Origin: Octopus bimaculoides
Taxonomy: Eukaryota
Assembly (NCBI RefSeq): GCF_001194135.2
Contig: NC_069001.1
Location: 24,611,977 to 24,675,009, forward strand
DNA: 63,033 bases
Direction of reading: 5' to 3'
Positions 37,371-51,065 of the stretch are shown in pieces. The notes under the pieces are model-generated. The model had not been told where the DNA came from. It did no database searches and was given only the letters and a program-made list of their open reading frames with translations. A program made the position numbers and the translations under genes. Position 1 is the stretch's first letter. Each line of letters opens with the position of its first letter.

Positions 37371-37850
37371 GATTGACGTAATTCTTCACAAAGGTAAACA
37401 GTCAAGACAAAGAGCGCGATTCGATTGTAAGATATTTTATTAGTTGAACGATATTTCAACAGTACGTCTGTCTTTGTCAAGTTCAAAATAAGAAGTGATA
37501 AAAATTCAAAATTATAGAAATTTAAACGTTGATGGAATGACATCATCAGTTTTTAAGTTACAATTTTATCAAAGGCGAAGAGAAAAAAGACAGAAAAAAA
37601 AACAGAAAAAAAAAAACAAGACGACAGAAAGAAGGAAAGAAGAAGACAGAAAGAAGAATATTTAATCAAACAGTTTTGTATAAATTTGATGATGTTCTCC
37701 TGTCATCGTATTCATTCCTCCAAGGCCTGATGTTAATAACCCGCAAACATATTTCTCCTCATGCATTCTGAGAAGTGAAAGTGAAGCAGATTCAGAATAT
37801 CGTTCAACTAATAAAATATATTACAATCGAATCACGCTCTTCCTTTTGAC

Positions 37851-37884
<34 letters not shown>

Positions 37885-39267
37885 AATCATTATTATTGTC
37901 ATAAGTTCTCTCATTCCAGCACACAAACACCCAACCCCAAACGGCTTTCTTCTTTTTGCTCCTGCAATAGGAGGCGACTCTTGAGGAAGTGCTGTTTTCG
38001 GTGGGCCTTAACCGAGTTGCACCTCCTACTTTAATTGAACTGTGAATGTTTGGGATCGAATCATTTCTCTGCGTCGTCCCATTGAACACGGAATACATAA
38101 AAACGTGTCTTTTGCAGTTAATAGATGACCCTCACACCACATTCTGAACAGGTACGATGACCATCAGCTCTGCTTATCATCTCAAATCATCTTCACCCGT
38201 AAACAGAAACACACTTCCATCCACCGAATGTCACTCAGAAACTTCTCAACTTGAAATGCTTTTGAAACCTAAGTTTGTAAAAGAAGAGTATATCACATCC
38301 TGTTTCCGTTTTCTTGGTGAATTCCTCACACAATATCCTATAAGTTTTTTTCTGATATTACTCAACCATGTATCTTGTTTTCCTAAATATGTTATATACC
38401 TTGTAACTCTGATTCGTGTCACAAACAATATTGTTGATGTTTTTTTTTATTAATCTTACTAAGTTACTGCTAAGATTAGAATTACATATTTAGTTTTTGG
38501 CTTCCACAAAAAAAAAATGTTCTAGATTACACATCTCTGTAATCTGTACACGTCTCTCATCTTTACGTTTTCTTCGTGGTTGGAAACTGAGCTGTAAACC
38601 ACCAGACACTTTTGGTGGCACATCTGATATTTTCACTTCCACCATACGTCACCCGATGGACGATAAAAGGATGATAAAATCTCAGTTAAGAATGTTGTGG
38701 ATTTTTTCCTTCCTTCGGTCTCTCAGGCGAATCTAATGCCAAACGTCGGAAGTTGAACAAGGAAAGAAGATAATAGCAGCAGAACATTACCACAGAACCA
38801 TACAGTCTCACAATCGCACAGACAGACAGATACACAGATGCATAAACACACAGACATGCATACACTCGGAAGCGTAGAAGATAATGCAGAGTTGCAGAAA
38901 CCCAAAAGCACAGAACCTGAAAACACAGACACACAAACACAACATGCAAACTTACAGTCACACAAACATGAAGACCCACAGACAGATAAACATACAGATA
39001 TACAGTCACAAAGAAATATAGAAGAACAGACGCATGGTAGTACAGAATCATAAAAACAAAAAAATAACAGACATACAGACGCAGGAGGTACATAGGAACG
39101 GCATATATTCGATGCCATATCGATACACACAAAAAATAGAAAAGAAGTTATCCAAAATAAAAGACATTGTCAAAGTGGACNNNNNNNNNNNNNNNNNNNN
39201 NNNNNNNNNNNNNNNNNNNNNNNNNNNNNNNNNNNNNNNNNNNNNNNNNNNNNNNNNNNNNNNNNNN

Positions 39268-39584
39268 GGGGCTTGAGGTGAATTTCGAACCCAGCGCTCC
39301 AGTGGTGAACTACGAGGAAATAAAAGATTATATAAAATGGTGAGTAGTTTTATCTTGGATAAATTAATTGAGATAATTTTGAAAAGAATTATCGAAGACT
39401 GTGAAAGGAACTATTGAGAACTGTTGAAATAATTGAAATAACGCGGCCGCCCCGGGGTGGGGCTGGGGTGGCCGTCCCATCATCATTGTTTAATTTCATT
39501 GTTCCATTCTATCATGTGTTAATTATCCCCGCATGTGTGTATTGTCCCATCTGTGTTTAGCCCCTTGTGGGTAATAAAGAAATC
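39268..39584 (+). mobile_element. Probable LINE 3' end sharing its tail with a SINE A subfamily
   Basis: Ends ttgtcccatctgtgtttagccccttgtgggtaataaagaaat. About 40 bp is shared with the SINE tails near 1545-1580 and 48725-48770, but the upstream sequence is not SINE. Confidence 0.45.
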
Positions 39585-39745
39585 GGTATTTCGTCTATCT
39601 TTCGTTCTGAGTTCAAATTCCGCCGTGGTCAACTTTACCCTCCATTCTTTCGGGGTCGATAAGTGAAGTACCAGTTGCGTACTGCGGTCGATCTAATTGA
39701 CTGGCCCCCTCCCCCAAAATCTTGGACATTATGACTAGAGTAGAC
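39585..39745 (+). mobile_element. SINE family A, 5' truncated
   Basis: cggtatttcgtc...gagttcaaattccgcc...ctttcggggtcgataagtgaagtaccagttgcgtactg. Confidence 0.8.
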
Positions 39746-40171
39746 CCCCCCCCCCAAAAAAAAATACATACTTTCTGTCAGTTGTATTTCAAATATAGCA
39801 GATACCACCCTGAAGAAATACAAAGACATACCGACCAGTTTGCCAGGATACCAGTTGATTTAGTCACAGAGCCGTTGATAAAGTTAAGTGATAGATCTCG
39901 GGGAATAGTGATAAAAGCAACAAAATTTGAAAGTGATGTGGAGGGCGTCATATTAAGGCAAAAAAGAAATAATGATAATTCTTTCTAAAAGAGAACTTCA
40001 CCCAGAATTTTGTAGGATGCGTCCGTCAATTAAATAAACAATAGTACTTGATTGATATTGTATTGCATTGAACAACGGGGTGGGGATGATGGCAGACAAA
40101 GGGCATCTTTATAGGATATGAGCTCTAAACGTAAAAAGCCAAAACACATACGACACAGTATTCGTTTAAAC

Positions 40172-40343
40172 CAGGGGTAGGGGAAAACACTTTCTGCGGG
40201 CATAATTGCACCTGCAAGCCCATTTTATTGCTCCTGCAAGCTGATATATTCGTATGTACAAACTACAGTGAATTTTTCAATTATAAAAGACCTTTTTCAA
40301 TGGAAGGTTTTGCCGGCCGCACTAAAAAGTTTTCCCAACCCTG
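40172..40343. mobile_element. hAT-superfamily MITE with 8-bp TSD
   Basis: TIRs cagggg(t)ag(g)ggaaaac / gttttcccaaccctg. Perfect TSD GTTTAAAC at 40164-40171 and 40344-40351. Confidence 0.88.
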
Positions 40344-41759
40344 GTTTAAACGAATTAGTCAATTAGTCACCGTAACAACAGCGGATGGGAATGAGAAAGA
40401 AAAAGAAAGGGAAAAAGAAAGGGGAAGTGGAAGAAGGGGAATAATTAGAAAGGAATAACGAAGTAAAAAAGAAGAGAATATAGAACAAAATAAAAAAGAG
40501 AGAACGAAGAGGAAACGAAGATAAATAAGAAGATAATGTCAATACAGACTAGTAAATTAGTGAAACGTTTGTGGTAAGCGTATCATGGATAATAAAGCAT
40601 TCTTCCCTGAATTATCTGTCTGTGCATGGACAGAAGATTAATACTGATTTAGAGATTTTAAAAAATTTACATATTTAAAAGTAAAATGAATCTCTTTCTT
40701 CTTTCTCTACTGTTTCATTTCTCCTCCTTTAATTAGAAATACATAAATGTATTGTAGATGGCGAAATTCAATTGTAACAGTGTCTGATTTTATTTCTTGT
40801 ATTTCTATTGTTTACAATGTTTGTTATTATTATAAATGTTTTATTTGTTGTTGCCGTTGTTGCAATTTTATCTTTATTGATCAAAACAAAATACAGCCGT
40901 TATTTTATTGTACGTCTCATGTCTATTTATATTTTATCGATATTTTTATTACGTCAGTTATTTATTTACTTGTAATTTTAATTTTTGCTCATCTGAAGAC
41001 GAATATATAAATAGCTAAGTGTATATAAATTGAATAGATAATCATTTGAATAGTCAATGCTTGTAGTATATTAATTACAGTGTATATTCATACAAGCTAA
41101 AAAGCTGTCTCCATCATACAGGTTCATTACACCGGAGGTTATTTCAGGTTCCTAAACGGCTAATCGACTGAAATTCTTAGACACCACACTGAATACGTTA
41201 CCAGTTTTTCACAAGTTTAACCTGTGAATTTTGTTGCTGCTCTTTCTCAATAAAATTGACTTAAGTAATGTGAAATGAAATAACTCACCCCTAAGATTCA
41301 ACACTTCTATCTGTCAGAAAATCTACCCTATGACTTAATGAGGGTAAGGCTAACACAACCTATTGTGCAATTACCTTTTCATGGTGTGTATATTTTAATA
41401 TAGTTGTTTAGCCTATACGATTGCTGGGTATAAAAGCATGTTCGAAACATAAAGGGCTTTGTCATTGTTATGTCTCAACGCTACTGCTACCTAGCACCTT
41501 CGGATGATCTCTACTCAACCGCTACACAACTGCTACTCGACTGCTACTCAACACTCCTACCACAGCCAGACTACCTCTATTTATATGTCTTGGGAGATCC
41601 TACTTCTTTACCTGGGGGCGTCGACACAACAGTCATCCATAGTTAAATGGGTGTTGGTGTATTTTGACTTAGAGTAATATGGAGCAAAATAAAGCTAACT
41701 AGAATTATATTTGCTGTGAGAAAAATACGATATAAGTCAATGATTGCTAATAGTTTCTA

Positions 41760-42170
41760 ATTCAGGCTCAAGGCCCTGAATTTTCGGTTGAGAGAATAAT
41801 TCAATTACACCACACGCAATACTTAACTGCTATTCCATTTCATCAATCCTAAGGGGATGAAAGTCAGTATTGACCACAGCGGTATTCGAACTCAAAACCT
41901 AAAGAACAACTGTCAAAATCTTACCAATGCATCAACCTCTAATCGGCCATTAAATCCTTTCTACTATAGACACAAGAGGCCTGAAGGAGTACAGTCGATT
42001 AGATCGATTCCGGTACGCAACTGGTACTTAATTTATCGACCCCGAAAGGTTGAAAGGCGAAGTCGACCTCGGCGGAATTTGAACTCAGAACATAGCAACA
42101 TAGCAACGGGCGAAATACCGCTAAGCTTTTCGTACAACGTGCTAATGTTTCTACCTATTCGACGCCTTGT
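41760..42170 (-). mobile_element. Two tandem SINE family A copies (one old, one younger)
   Basis: About 41760-41945 is degenerate. About 41955-42170 has gcaactggtacttaatttatcgaccccgaaagg...aagtcgacctcggcggaatttgaactcag. Confidence 0.75.
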
Positions 42171-42765
42171 AAGCAGTCATTAATAATGGTGGAATTTTAC
42201 CTCCATATATGGGAGATAAATGCGGTATAATGCGGTTGAGTGCACGTAGATTTCATATTACTAAGCATAGAGTAACAAAATTAATTAGAAATTAAATAAG
42301 ACAATATATAAGTATTTATTCTATGTTTATCCTGCAGACTAATAACCTAGCATCAATAAACCTAGCATCAATAGGTCGAAGCCTTAATTATTTCCGACAT
42401 GACAGTTAACTAATCTATAACTATTTGCAGTAAACTATTTTTATGTAATGTTCATCTTGTTCATAGGTTACATTCTATAGTTCGTTATTTAATATATTTT
42501 GTGTGCTGCAGGATAAGGAGTCTCTTACTCTCTATGTAGTACTCGTTGTTTAGGTTTTTCCGCTGTATAGTATTAAACTAAGCCTACTTTGTTTATACTG
42601 GTTTACTTTTATGTTAAGGATTATATGGATTATATATTGGATTCAGTTCAAGGTTTTAGCAGGTTATCAGCACCAGTTCATCGGAAATTCAGTGGTATCG
42701 AGAATCTATTGTGGTAGCATATATAGTAAGGAGCATTTGTGACACATACACGTATACATACCTAC

Positions 42766-42825
<60 letters not shown>

Positions 42826-43180
42826 ATATATATATATATATTTGTAGGTTCTATATATTTTCAAGGATATATATATATATAAACAAACTTTTCTTCTTTT
42901 TTTTAGAAGACAAGAAGGNNNNNNNNNNNNNNNNNNNNNNNNNNNNNNNNNNNNNNNNNNNNNNNNNNNNNNNNNNNNNNNNNNNNNNNNNNNNNNNNNN
43001 NNNNNNNNNNNNNNNNNNNNNNNNNNNNNNNNNNNNNNNNNNNNNNNNNNNNNNNNNNNNNNNNNNNNNNNNNNNNNNNNNNNNNNNNNNNNNNNNNNNN
43101 NNNNNNNNNNNNNNNNNNNNNNNNNNNNNNNNNNNNNNNNNNNNNNNNNNNNNNNNNNNNNNNNNNNNNNNNNNNNNNNN

Positions 43181-43215
<35 letters not shown>

Positions 43216-43294
43216 TACAGTTTGGATTACCCTGATTATGACTCAAATACGTAACAGAATTCTTTCTTTTCATTACTACGAAGTTTCCAATTTA

Positions 43295-43790
43295 TCTGAT
43301 CGACGGCACAGCCTGCACGTGAAATTTGCTTAGAAGTGGTTGAGCACACCACATACGCGTGTACCTTTAATGCAGGTCTTAGCGAGAATCAGCGTGACAC
43401 GAGAATATGATAATGATGGCCCTTTGGATTATGATAAAGTACCAGTCTAGAGTGTCAACTGGTTTAGTGGAGACATAAATAAACCTGCTCTAAACCTGAC
43501 TATTTTTCATATAGCTATACGGAGTGACTTTACAGAAAGGTGTGGAACGTTCAATTTCCTGTAATTCAGACTGCATTATGGTCCTAGCAGACAAAATGGA
43601 AAAGGCGATGGTGACAGAGATGCGCTGGACCAGTCACTCTGACTCATGGGCCTCAACCATTTTTGCCAGTTAGTGGACTGGAACAATGTGAAATAAATTC
43701 TCTTGCTCAGAGAAAAGCACGCTGTCAGGAATCGAACTCACGTCTTTATGATCATGAGACAAGCACCCTAACCACGAAGCTACGTGCATT
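43295..43790 (-). mobile_element. Old family D/B-tail SINE, degenerate and interrupted
   Basis: gatcgacggcacagcctgcacgtgaaat...cagcgtgacac and ggactggaacaatgtgaaataaattctcttgctcag...ctaaccacgaagctacgtgc. Confidence 0.6.
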
Positions 43791-44953
43791 CACACATACA
43801 TACACATACATAAATACATACATATATGCATGCATACATACATACATACACACATACATACACACACATACATACATACATGCATGCATGCATACATACA
43901 TACATACATACATACATACATACATACATACATACATACATACAAACATATGGGATATGTAATACACTGGCTTCTCAAAACCAGAAAGGAGAAAGGTGGT
44001 TCCAAGACTACAGATCCAGTCCAACATCGGAACCGTAAAAATCTGAAAAATCTTCCAGAAGTTTATCATTTAAGTATAAATGAGCATGTCTAGATATGAA
44101 AGTATATGCATGAGAAGACATGGATGAGAAAAAAAGACAAATATGCACGTGTATATGGATGCATACATACATACATACATACATACATACTTACGTACAA
44201 ATATACCCTGTTGTTGATTGTGAAATTCCAATGAAGGAGCCTTGGATTTAGGTTAAAAATCGGTTCTTTCTCTATTAGCAAGAAATTTTGAAATAAACTG
44301 AATAATGACAAACATACATAAATGCATATAAATGCATATATACATACATACTCCCACTTCCATACACAGGTTACCTTTCGTTTATGTTCATTTTTTTCCA
44401 TTGGTGTGATCTTATATACACTGAAGTAATATTTTTAGATCTAAAATACTCAAGGGAATATATTTCTCTTTTCACCTTAGAGGTGTTTTCCTCACATTCA
44501 ATTATCTTTACAGTAATGCAGTCTCCAGCTAAAATCATTTCACATAGAATGCACTAGATTTACTTTTTCAATCGATAGCATTGTGTGTGTTTGTATGTAA
44601 GAATGAATGTGCGTATATACATACGTATACGTATTTACATGTATGTATGTATGTATGTAATATATATATATATATATATATATATANNNNNNNNNNNNNN
44701 NNNNNNNNNNNNNNNNNNNNNNNNNNNNNNNNNNNNNNNNNNNNNNNNNNNNNNNNNNNNNNNNNNNNNNNNNNNNNNNNNNNNNNNNNNATATATACAT
44801 GTAAATATACATATATAAATCACATATGTATGTATGTTTATAGTATCAATGTTTCTTAATGTATGTGTGCTGATATGTTTATACATGTATATGCATATAT
44901 GCATACATATATACACACACACACGTATATATATATATCTGTGTGTGTACATA

Positions 44954-44995
<42 letters not shown>

Positions 44996-45957
44996 ATGCA
45001 TGCATATATACAGGATGCACTAGATTTTCTTTCTCAATCGACACATGCGTGTGTGGGTGTGTATGAGCGGATAGTTGAGTGTGTGTGATTGTGTGCGTAT
45101 ATATATGTATATATGTATGTATATATATGTATATGTATATGTATGTATGCATGATTATACACACACACACAGTCACACACGTATATATGTGTCATATATG
45201 CACACACACACACACACGTATACTCATATACAAGATGTATATGTTGGGGCTTGTTATTGTTTAAATGTGAACAGTTAAAATTGCTACAGGGGACCATAAC
45301 ATTGAAAGTAATCGTACTACTTTTATATTTATGTGTTTTAAGTTATTAGATTTACAGATTTAAACTCATAGATTAGATTTAAAAAATACTTATCTACGCA
45401 AAATTTAAGGATAGTTGTAGAGATATTTTTTCATCGGAAATTTAATCTCAGTATAATAGGCTAATTTCCCTTTGCTATGCATAATCTAGTACTATCACAC
45501 ATGCCCCCCACCCACCACACACATGTACGTTCATATCTACATACAGATATGTATATATATATAAATTTGGAAATACATACATGATACATATATGAATTTT
45601 TGTCTACATATCTATATGTATCTAATCTGCACATACGTATATGCATACATACATACAAACATACATACGTACCTAAATTCGAACGTACATATATATACAC
45701 ACAAATATACGCACATTCTTGAATGTTACCTGATGTTTCACGGATGAACTATCACCTTCAGGGTTTGGTTAATGAATTAAAGTTAAAGTATAATAAACCT
45801 GTATGATTATTTCAAATATACACATGATACCATTTTTAACAGCAATACATCTTTTACGTTTTTAAAAATTTCATTTGTGCTTCAATAACTCATTATGAAT
45901 GAATAAGCAATATATGAGTACGGTTTGCATAGAAGGTCTACTCACACTCAATGTTTT

Positions 45958-46896
45958 TATTGGATTGGCAACTAAGTTCCCACTCTTTTTTAAAATCTTA
46001 ATTTTAAAAAAAAGTTTTAATAAAAAATAACTAATTAATCAATAATGTATTCACCCTTGTTGTTTACAACTTCTTCCCAACGTTCAACAAGATTTTCAAT
46101 ATCTCGTTGATAGAAATCACCCGATTTCGACTCGAAAAATTGATCCAAGTTCTCAATCCTGCATCAGTACTGAACGAAACTCCGCGCATAGCATTTGAAA
46201 GAGATCGAAAGAGGTGGAAATCCGTTGGTGCCAAATCAGGAGAGAACGGTGGGTGTGGCAGCACTTCCCAGCCATGCGTTGGAATGGTTTCCCTGGTCAT
46301 ATTGGCGATATGAGGACGGGCGTTGTGGTACAGCAGAAGAACTCCATGTTGACGATTAGGTCTTTTCTCTTGAATAGCCGTGTTGAGTGGTTCCATCTGT
46401 TGAACATAGAGTTCCGTGTTGACCGTTTGGTTGCGTTCAGCAATTCGTAATGGATAATCCCTTCCCAGTCCCACAATATGCACAACATTGTTTTACACGG
46501 ATGAAGACTTTGTTTCACGCGCGGTGTCACTTGTTTGAGGTCAAAATTTCATTACTAATCACAAGCGGTTCTTTCAGCTATGGCACCCTCTCCATACACA
46601 ACACAAATGTCGCGAGCAGCTGTTGCGGCCTTAGAACCTTGATTAAAAGCAAAAAGAAGGATGTGTCAAAAATGCTCGTTTTTCTTAACTTGACATTCCA
46701 TTTTAATTATCTGAAAATATACAAGAATTAACTGAAATTAAGTAGAACAAAAATAAATAAATAAACAAAGTAGATTCCAATATTATTCAAAAATAGAATT
46801 CTCGAACAAAAAAAAAAATAGATTCCAAAATTTAAAAACGCAATAAATTTCAAGATTAAAAAAGAAAAAACCGGGAACTTAGTTGTCAACGCAACT
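45958..46896 (-). mobile_element. Mariner (Tc1/mariner) element, internally deleted and frameshifted
   Basis: TIRs tattggattggcaactaagttccc (45958-45981) / gggaacttagttgtcaacgcaact (46873-46896). Reads MLCILWDWEGIIHYELL, LLYHNARPH and WEVLPHPPFSPDLAPTDFHLFRSL. Confidence 0.95.
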
Positions 46897-48722
46897 TCAA
46901 GAATAATGACGACAACTTTCAATGGGGGTCCAAAAGTAGCCATAATTTGTTGTTATAGTCCTAAAATATTGCACAGTTAGAGATTGCTGTGGAGTCTCAA
47001 ACATGATCTCAGTCTCGTCGAAAGAGCTTTTACCGCATAGAATGGGAAAAAAATCAAGCTGAAAGGCCTTTATTTTCATAACAAAACAGACGGAAATAGA
47101 GAATTATTCTTTCTACTGTAGGCACAAGGCCCGAAATTTTAGGGGAGGGGGCCAGTCCATAAGATCGACCCAGTACGCAACTGGTACTTAATTTATCGAC
47201 CCTACAAAGATGAAAGACAAAGTCGACCTCGGTGGAATTTGAACTCAGAACGTCTAGACAGACGAAATACCGGTAAGCATTTCGCCCGGCGTGCTAACGT
47301 TTCCGCCAGTTCGCCGCCTTAGACATAGAGAATTATTGTTGGATCTTTCACATAAATGTAATCTGACTGATTTGGAAGAGAAGTATACGACAAACCTAAG
47401 AAAGTTTGGAAATTTAGATATCTATATGGTGGCAGAATTCAACTTGAACATATTTCAATAATAATAAATAGAAAATTAGTGTAATGAACTTCGAAGCTTA
47501 TAATTCTTTCTCGCCACTAGATGCAGATCCTCGTTTTATCACAGCAAGGATCAGTTTATCACTAAGACGTAACAAAACTAACAAGACAAATAAAATTCCT
47601 TTTGATTGGTTTGCATTAAACTCAAATGAGAACAACAGGGAAAATTATGCTGTTGATATTAGTAACAGACTTAATAACAATCTCATATCTTCAAGATCAA
47701 TCGCAATACAACTCTGCCGACACAGTATATTGGAGCATAACTGAAACATATTAAAAAAGGTTGCGGTGCTCTAAAAATCTTTGAAACTGCGCAAAACAAA
47801 GAAGGGTCCATGGGAAAACCAAGTAGTTGTAAGGACAAAGAAAGAATTTTTAAAATGCCTATACTAAACACATGCTTCATCTGTCTGAAAGAAACAAATA
47901 GCAGGTAATTGAAGCTAAAAGGAATTTGACTGATGCTTATATCGAAGAACACGAAAGCTACATTAAGAAGTAAATAGAACTGCTGCATAATGCCAACTTG
48001 AATCGAATAGCTAAGCTTGCATGCTTAGGGGGAAAGAAAACAACCGTAGGAAAGAAAAGAATTGGAGGAAAGAAAAGAACTGGAGGAAAGAAAACAAACC
48101 AAGTTAAGATAAAATCTGAAAGCCCCGAAGAAAGATTAAAATTGTGGAAGGTGCATTTTGCTAAGTTACTTGGACAATCTCCCTTGATACTTGAAGGAAA
48201 TATTGACCAGTTGCCTAGTGATCTTGGGGATTTCACAATGCAGGTGTTGATAGATGCAATCAAATGAGCTCAAAACAAAGCTACAGGCTTGACTAATATA
48301 CCAGCAGAAGCGTGGAAATTATGCATGAACGATGAGCTGCATGTAGTCTCACAAAAAGAGATGTACTAGAAACCTGGAGAAAAGGAGGAAGAGTGCCTCT
48401 ACCAAAAAAAGGTGATCTGGGATATACAGCAAATTGCAGAGGAATTACTTCGTCAGTAGTTGCACCTAAAGTCTACAATCGAATTCTACCAAACAGAATA
48501 TGACCATATCTGGACCCGAAACTCATAACAAATCAAAATGGCTGCAGACCGAATAAATTAACTGTCTCACAAATATTCCCATTGCGCAAGCTTCTAGAAG
48601 ATGTCAGATCAAAGAAATTGAAAACTGTACTAACTTTCATTCTCTACAAAAAGTGCTTTTGACTACATCAATCGAGGACAGCTTATGTCAATCCAAGCTG
48701 CATAGGGTATACCAGGCGCCAC
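46897..48722 (+). mobile_element. Decayed RTE-related LINE (endonuclease C-terminal half + RT N-terminal part)
   Basis: RIMTTTFNGGPKVAIICCYSP; QLEHI...EAYNSFSPLDADPRFITARISLSLR; KKGDLGYTANCRGIT...KVYNRIL..RI.PYLDPKL..NQNG.R...CFDYINRG.LM.I..AYGIP. Confidence 0.85.
47109..47325 (-). mobile_element. SINE family A inserted in the LINE, 12-bp TSD
   Basis: tagagaattatt at 47097-47108 and 47326-47337. Confidence 0.92.
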
Positions 48723-48724
48723 AG

Positions 48725-48938
48725 TTTCTTATTTCTTTATTGCCCACAAGGGGCTAAACATAGAGGGGGCAAACAAGGACAGACAAAGGGATTAAGTCGA
48801 TTACATCGACCCCCAGTGCGTAACTGGTACTTAATTTATCGACCCCGAAACGATGAACGGTAAAGTTGACCTCGGCGGAATTTGAACTCAGAACGTAACG
48901 CCCGACGGGGTAAAGTTTCTGCCAGCTCGCCGCCTTCT
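48725..48938 (-). mobile_element. SINE family A (ccccttgtgggcaataaagaaataa tail), internally deleted head
   Basis: Reverse complement matches 1348-1582. Confidence 0.88.
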
Positions 48939-49639
48939 ATTACACAGTTTATGTTACAAATGTACTCTACATGAACACGGAAGCTCTAGCTCCACCCCCT
49001 TTTAGCTAAATAAGGGTTATTTTTTAGATTAAGTATTTTAACTGTTCTTCAGGATGAGGGTCACATGCAACTGACTTCGACAAATGCCCTTGGCTCCGAG
49101 GCCACGAAGTGGTATTGATTTCTTACAAAATACCACTGCAAAGGGATGAAAGTAAAATAGTCGGCAGTAGAATATAACGAATATACTATAAATGGTCCAC
49201 AGTGATATTGTCATTATTGAAATTCGCTCCACCTAATATTTGACATAAATTGTCAAGTAACTCGAGCAATGCATGGCCTTTATCAACATGGGTGTACATT
49301 CAAACTGAAGTTAGAAGGATTAATAGCACGAGCGTAAGAACCGTTCTATGACTCTTTCGCCGCATTTGACCACAGTCTGATTTTTTGTGAACATCAAAAG
49401 CTTCACTTAAAGTCACATCGTGCAAATGGATATTGTGGAATAGTAAGACATAATATTTCTCAAGGAATCATCATCAAGAAAATATGATTTTCCCTATGAA
49501 AATATTTTATTGTACAATTCTTAGAGATCATGCATTGTTAGCGTGTGTGAAGGCAAGCATTAACAGTAGAAGCCAAATGCACATATTCACTTTTCCTTTC
49601 GGAGATAAATTGTTCACATTTTAGACATAGAAAAATTTC

Positions 49640-49718
49640 CACAAGACACCTGATGAAGGCTGGAGGATATACAACAAACAAGATGAGGACAAACATCCGT
49701 TAAATGTAAATAATATAG
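49640..49718 (+). mobile_element. Penelope-type terminal-repeat relic with deleted hammerhead
   Basis: acaagacacctgatgaaggctggagg...acaacaaacaagatgaggacaaacatccgttaaatgtaaataat matches 62058-62150, minus the cagccgaaacgttgt segment. Confidence 0.7.
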
Positions 49719-49751
49719 AAAAAGTCTTATTAGTATGTAGAGGCTGCATAA

Positions 49752-49955
49752 GATGGCGAACTGGCAGAGTGGTTAGCACGCCAGGCAAGTGGCCTAGCGG
49801 GATTTCGTCAGTCTTTGCGTTCTGATTTCAAATTTCGCTGAGGTCGACTTTACCTTTGATCCTTCCAGAGTCGATAAATTGAGCGCTGGGGGTTGCTTCA
49901 ATCGACTTAACCCTCTCCTGAAATTGCTGGCCTTATGCCAAAATTTGAAGTCAAT
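49752..49955 (+). mobile_element. SINE family A
   Basis: gatggcgaactggcagagtggttagcacgccagg...gaggtcgactttacctttgatcc. Confidence 0.8.
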
Positions 49956-50454
49956 ATGTATAAACTGCACAAAACTTAAATAAAGTATTTTGGAAGACGC
50001 AAAATGTCTTATATAAAAAATGTGGTGACAAATTATAAGCAGATATAGGATTAAATATTTGAACGTCTCTCAGAATAACAAAGGAGAGGAATCAGTCAGT
50101 TTGTCTGTTGCCTGTCTATTTATCAATTTATGCATCTATTTCTATCGGCATAATGATAAATAAATTTAAGAGTATGTGTATGGTTTTAAAAAAAAATTGC
50201 GATTACGTATATTGGTAGAGGAACAAACACCCTATAACGATATGTAAGCCTGTGTTTGTTTCTGCGGTTATTTCATAATCACTGAAATTTGCTGTCTCAT
50301 ATTAATATAATAATAGAAATAAATATTATGCTTTGGAATTTCTAGTAACCTAATGGAATTAGATTTAAGGGGATATTTGTTTGATGTCAAAGCATCTTAT
50401 CTTCACAGATGCTCAGATCACAGAACGCACATACAAGCAGACATCAATGAGTAC

Positions 50455-50516
<62 letters not shown>

Positions 50517-50757
50517 NNNNNNNNNNNNNNNNNNNNNNNNNNNNNNNNNNNNNNNNNNNNNNNNNNNNNNNNNNNNNNNNNNNNNNNNNNNNNNNNNNNN
50601 NNNNNNNNNNNNNNNNNNNNNNNNNNNNNNNNNNNNNNNNNNNNNNNNNNNNNNNNNNNNNNNNNNNNNNNNNNNNNNNNNNNNNNNNNNNNNNNNNNNN
50701 NNNNNNNNNNNNNNNNNNNNNNNNNNNNNNNNNNNNNNNNTATGTATATATAAATAT

Positions 50758-51065
50758 GAAAGCGCATGGCTCAATGGTTAGAGAATTGGGGTCACAATCA
50801 TAAGGTAGAGAGTCCGATTCCTGGAGTAGGTTGTGTTGTGTTCTTGAGCAAGACACTTTATTTGACGTTGCTCCAGTTCATTAGGCTGTAGAAATGAGTT
50901 GCGATGTCACTGGTGTCAAGCTGTATCGGCCTTTGGATAGCATCGGTGGCATGAAAAGGGCAGGCTGGTACACATGGACCAGTTTTGGTCTTCCATAAAC
51001 AACGTTACCTCGGAGTGTAACTTTCAAGGTGTATTCTCATGACCGAAGGGGATCTTTACCCTTTT
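50758..51065 (+). mobile_element. tRNA/CORE SINE (family D head) with a third tail type
   Basis: gaaagcgcatggctcaatggttagag...gttcttgagcaagacactttatttgacgttgctccagttca...aaatgagt, then tgcgatgtcactggtgtcaagctgtatcggcc. Confidence 0.8.

Noticed and set aside
38157-38736. ORFs of 98 and 79 aa and their antisense frames
   Set aside because: No recognisable motif or convincing splice-site pair; length is within chance.
39447-39472. G-quadruplex candidate
   Set aside because: Only three long G runs plus a GG, and it lies inside a probable LINE 3' UTR.
41270-41632. Possible solo LTR (TATAAAA, ctgctactc repeats, ends ...acaaca)
   Set aside because: No matching TSD or clear TG start, and no PBS/PPT was found.
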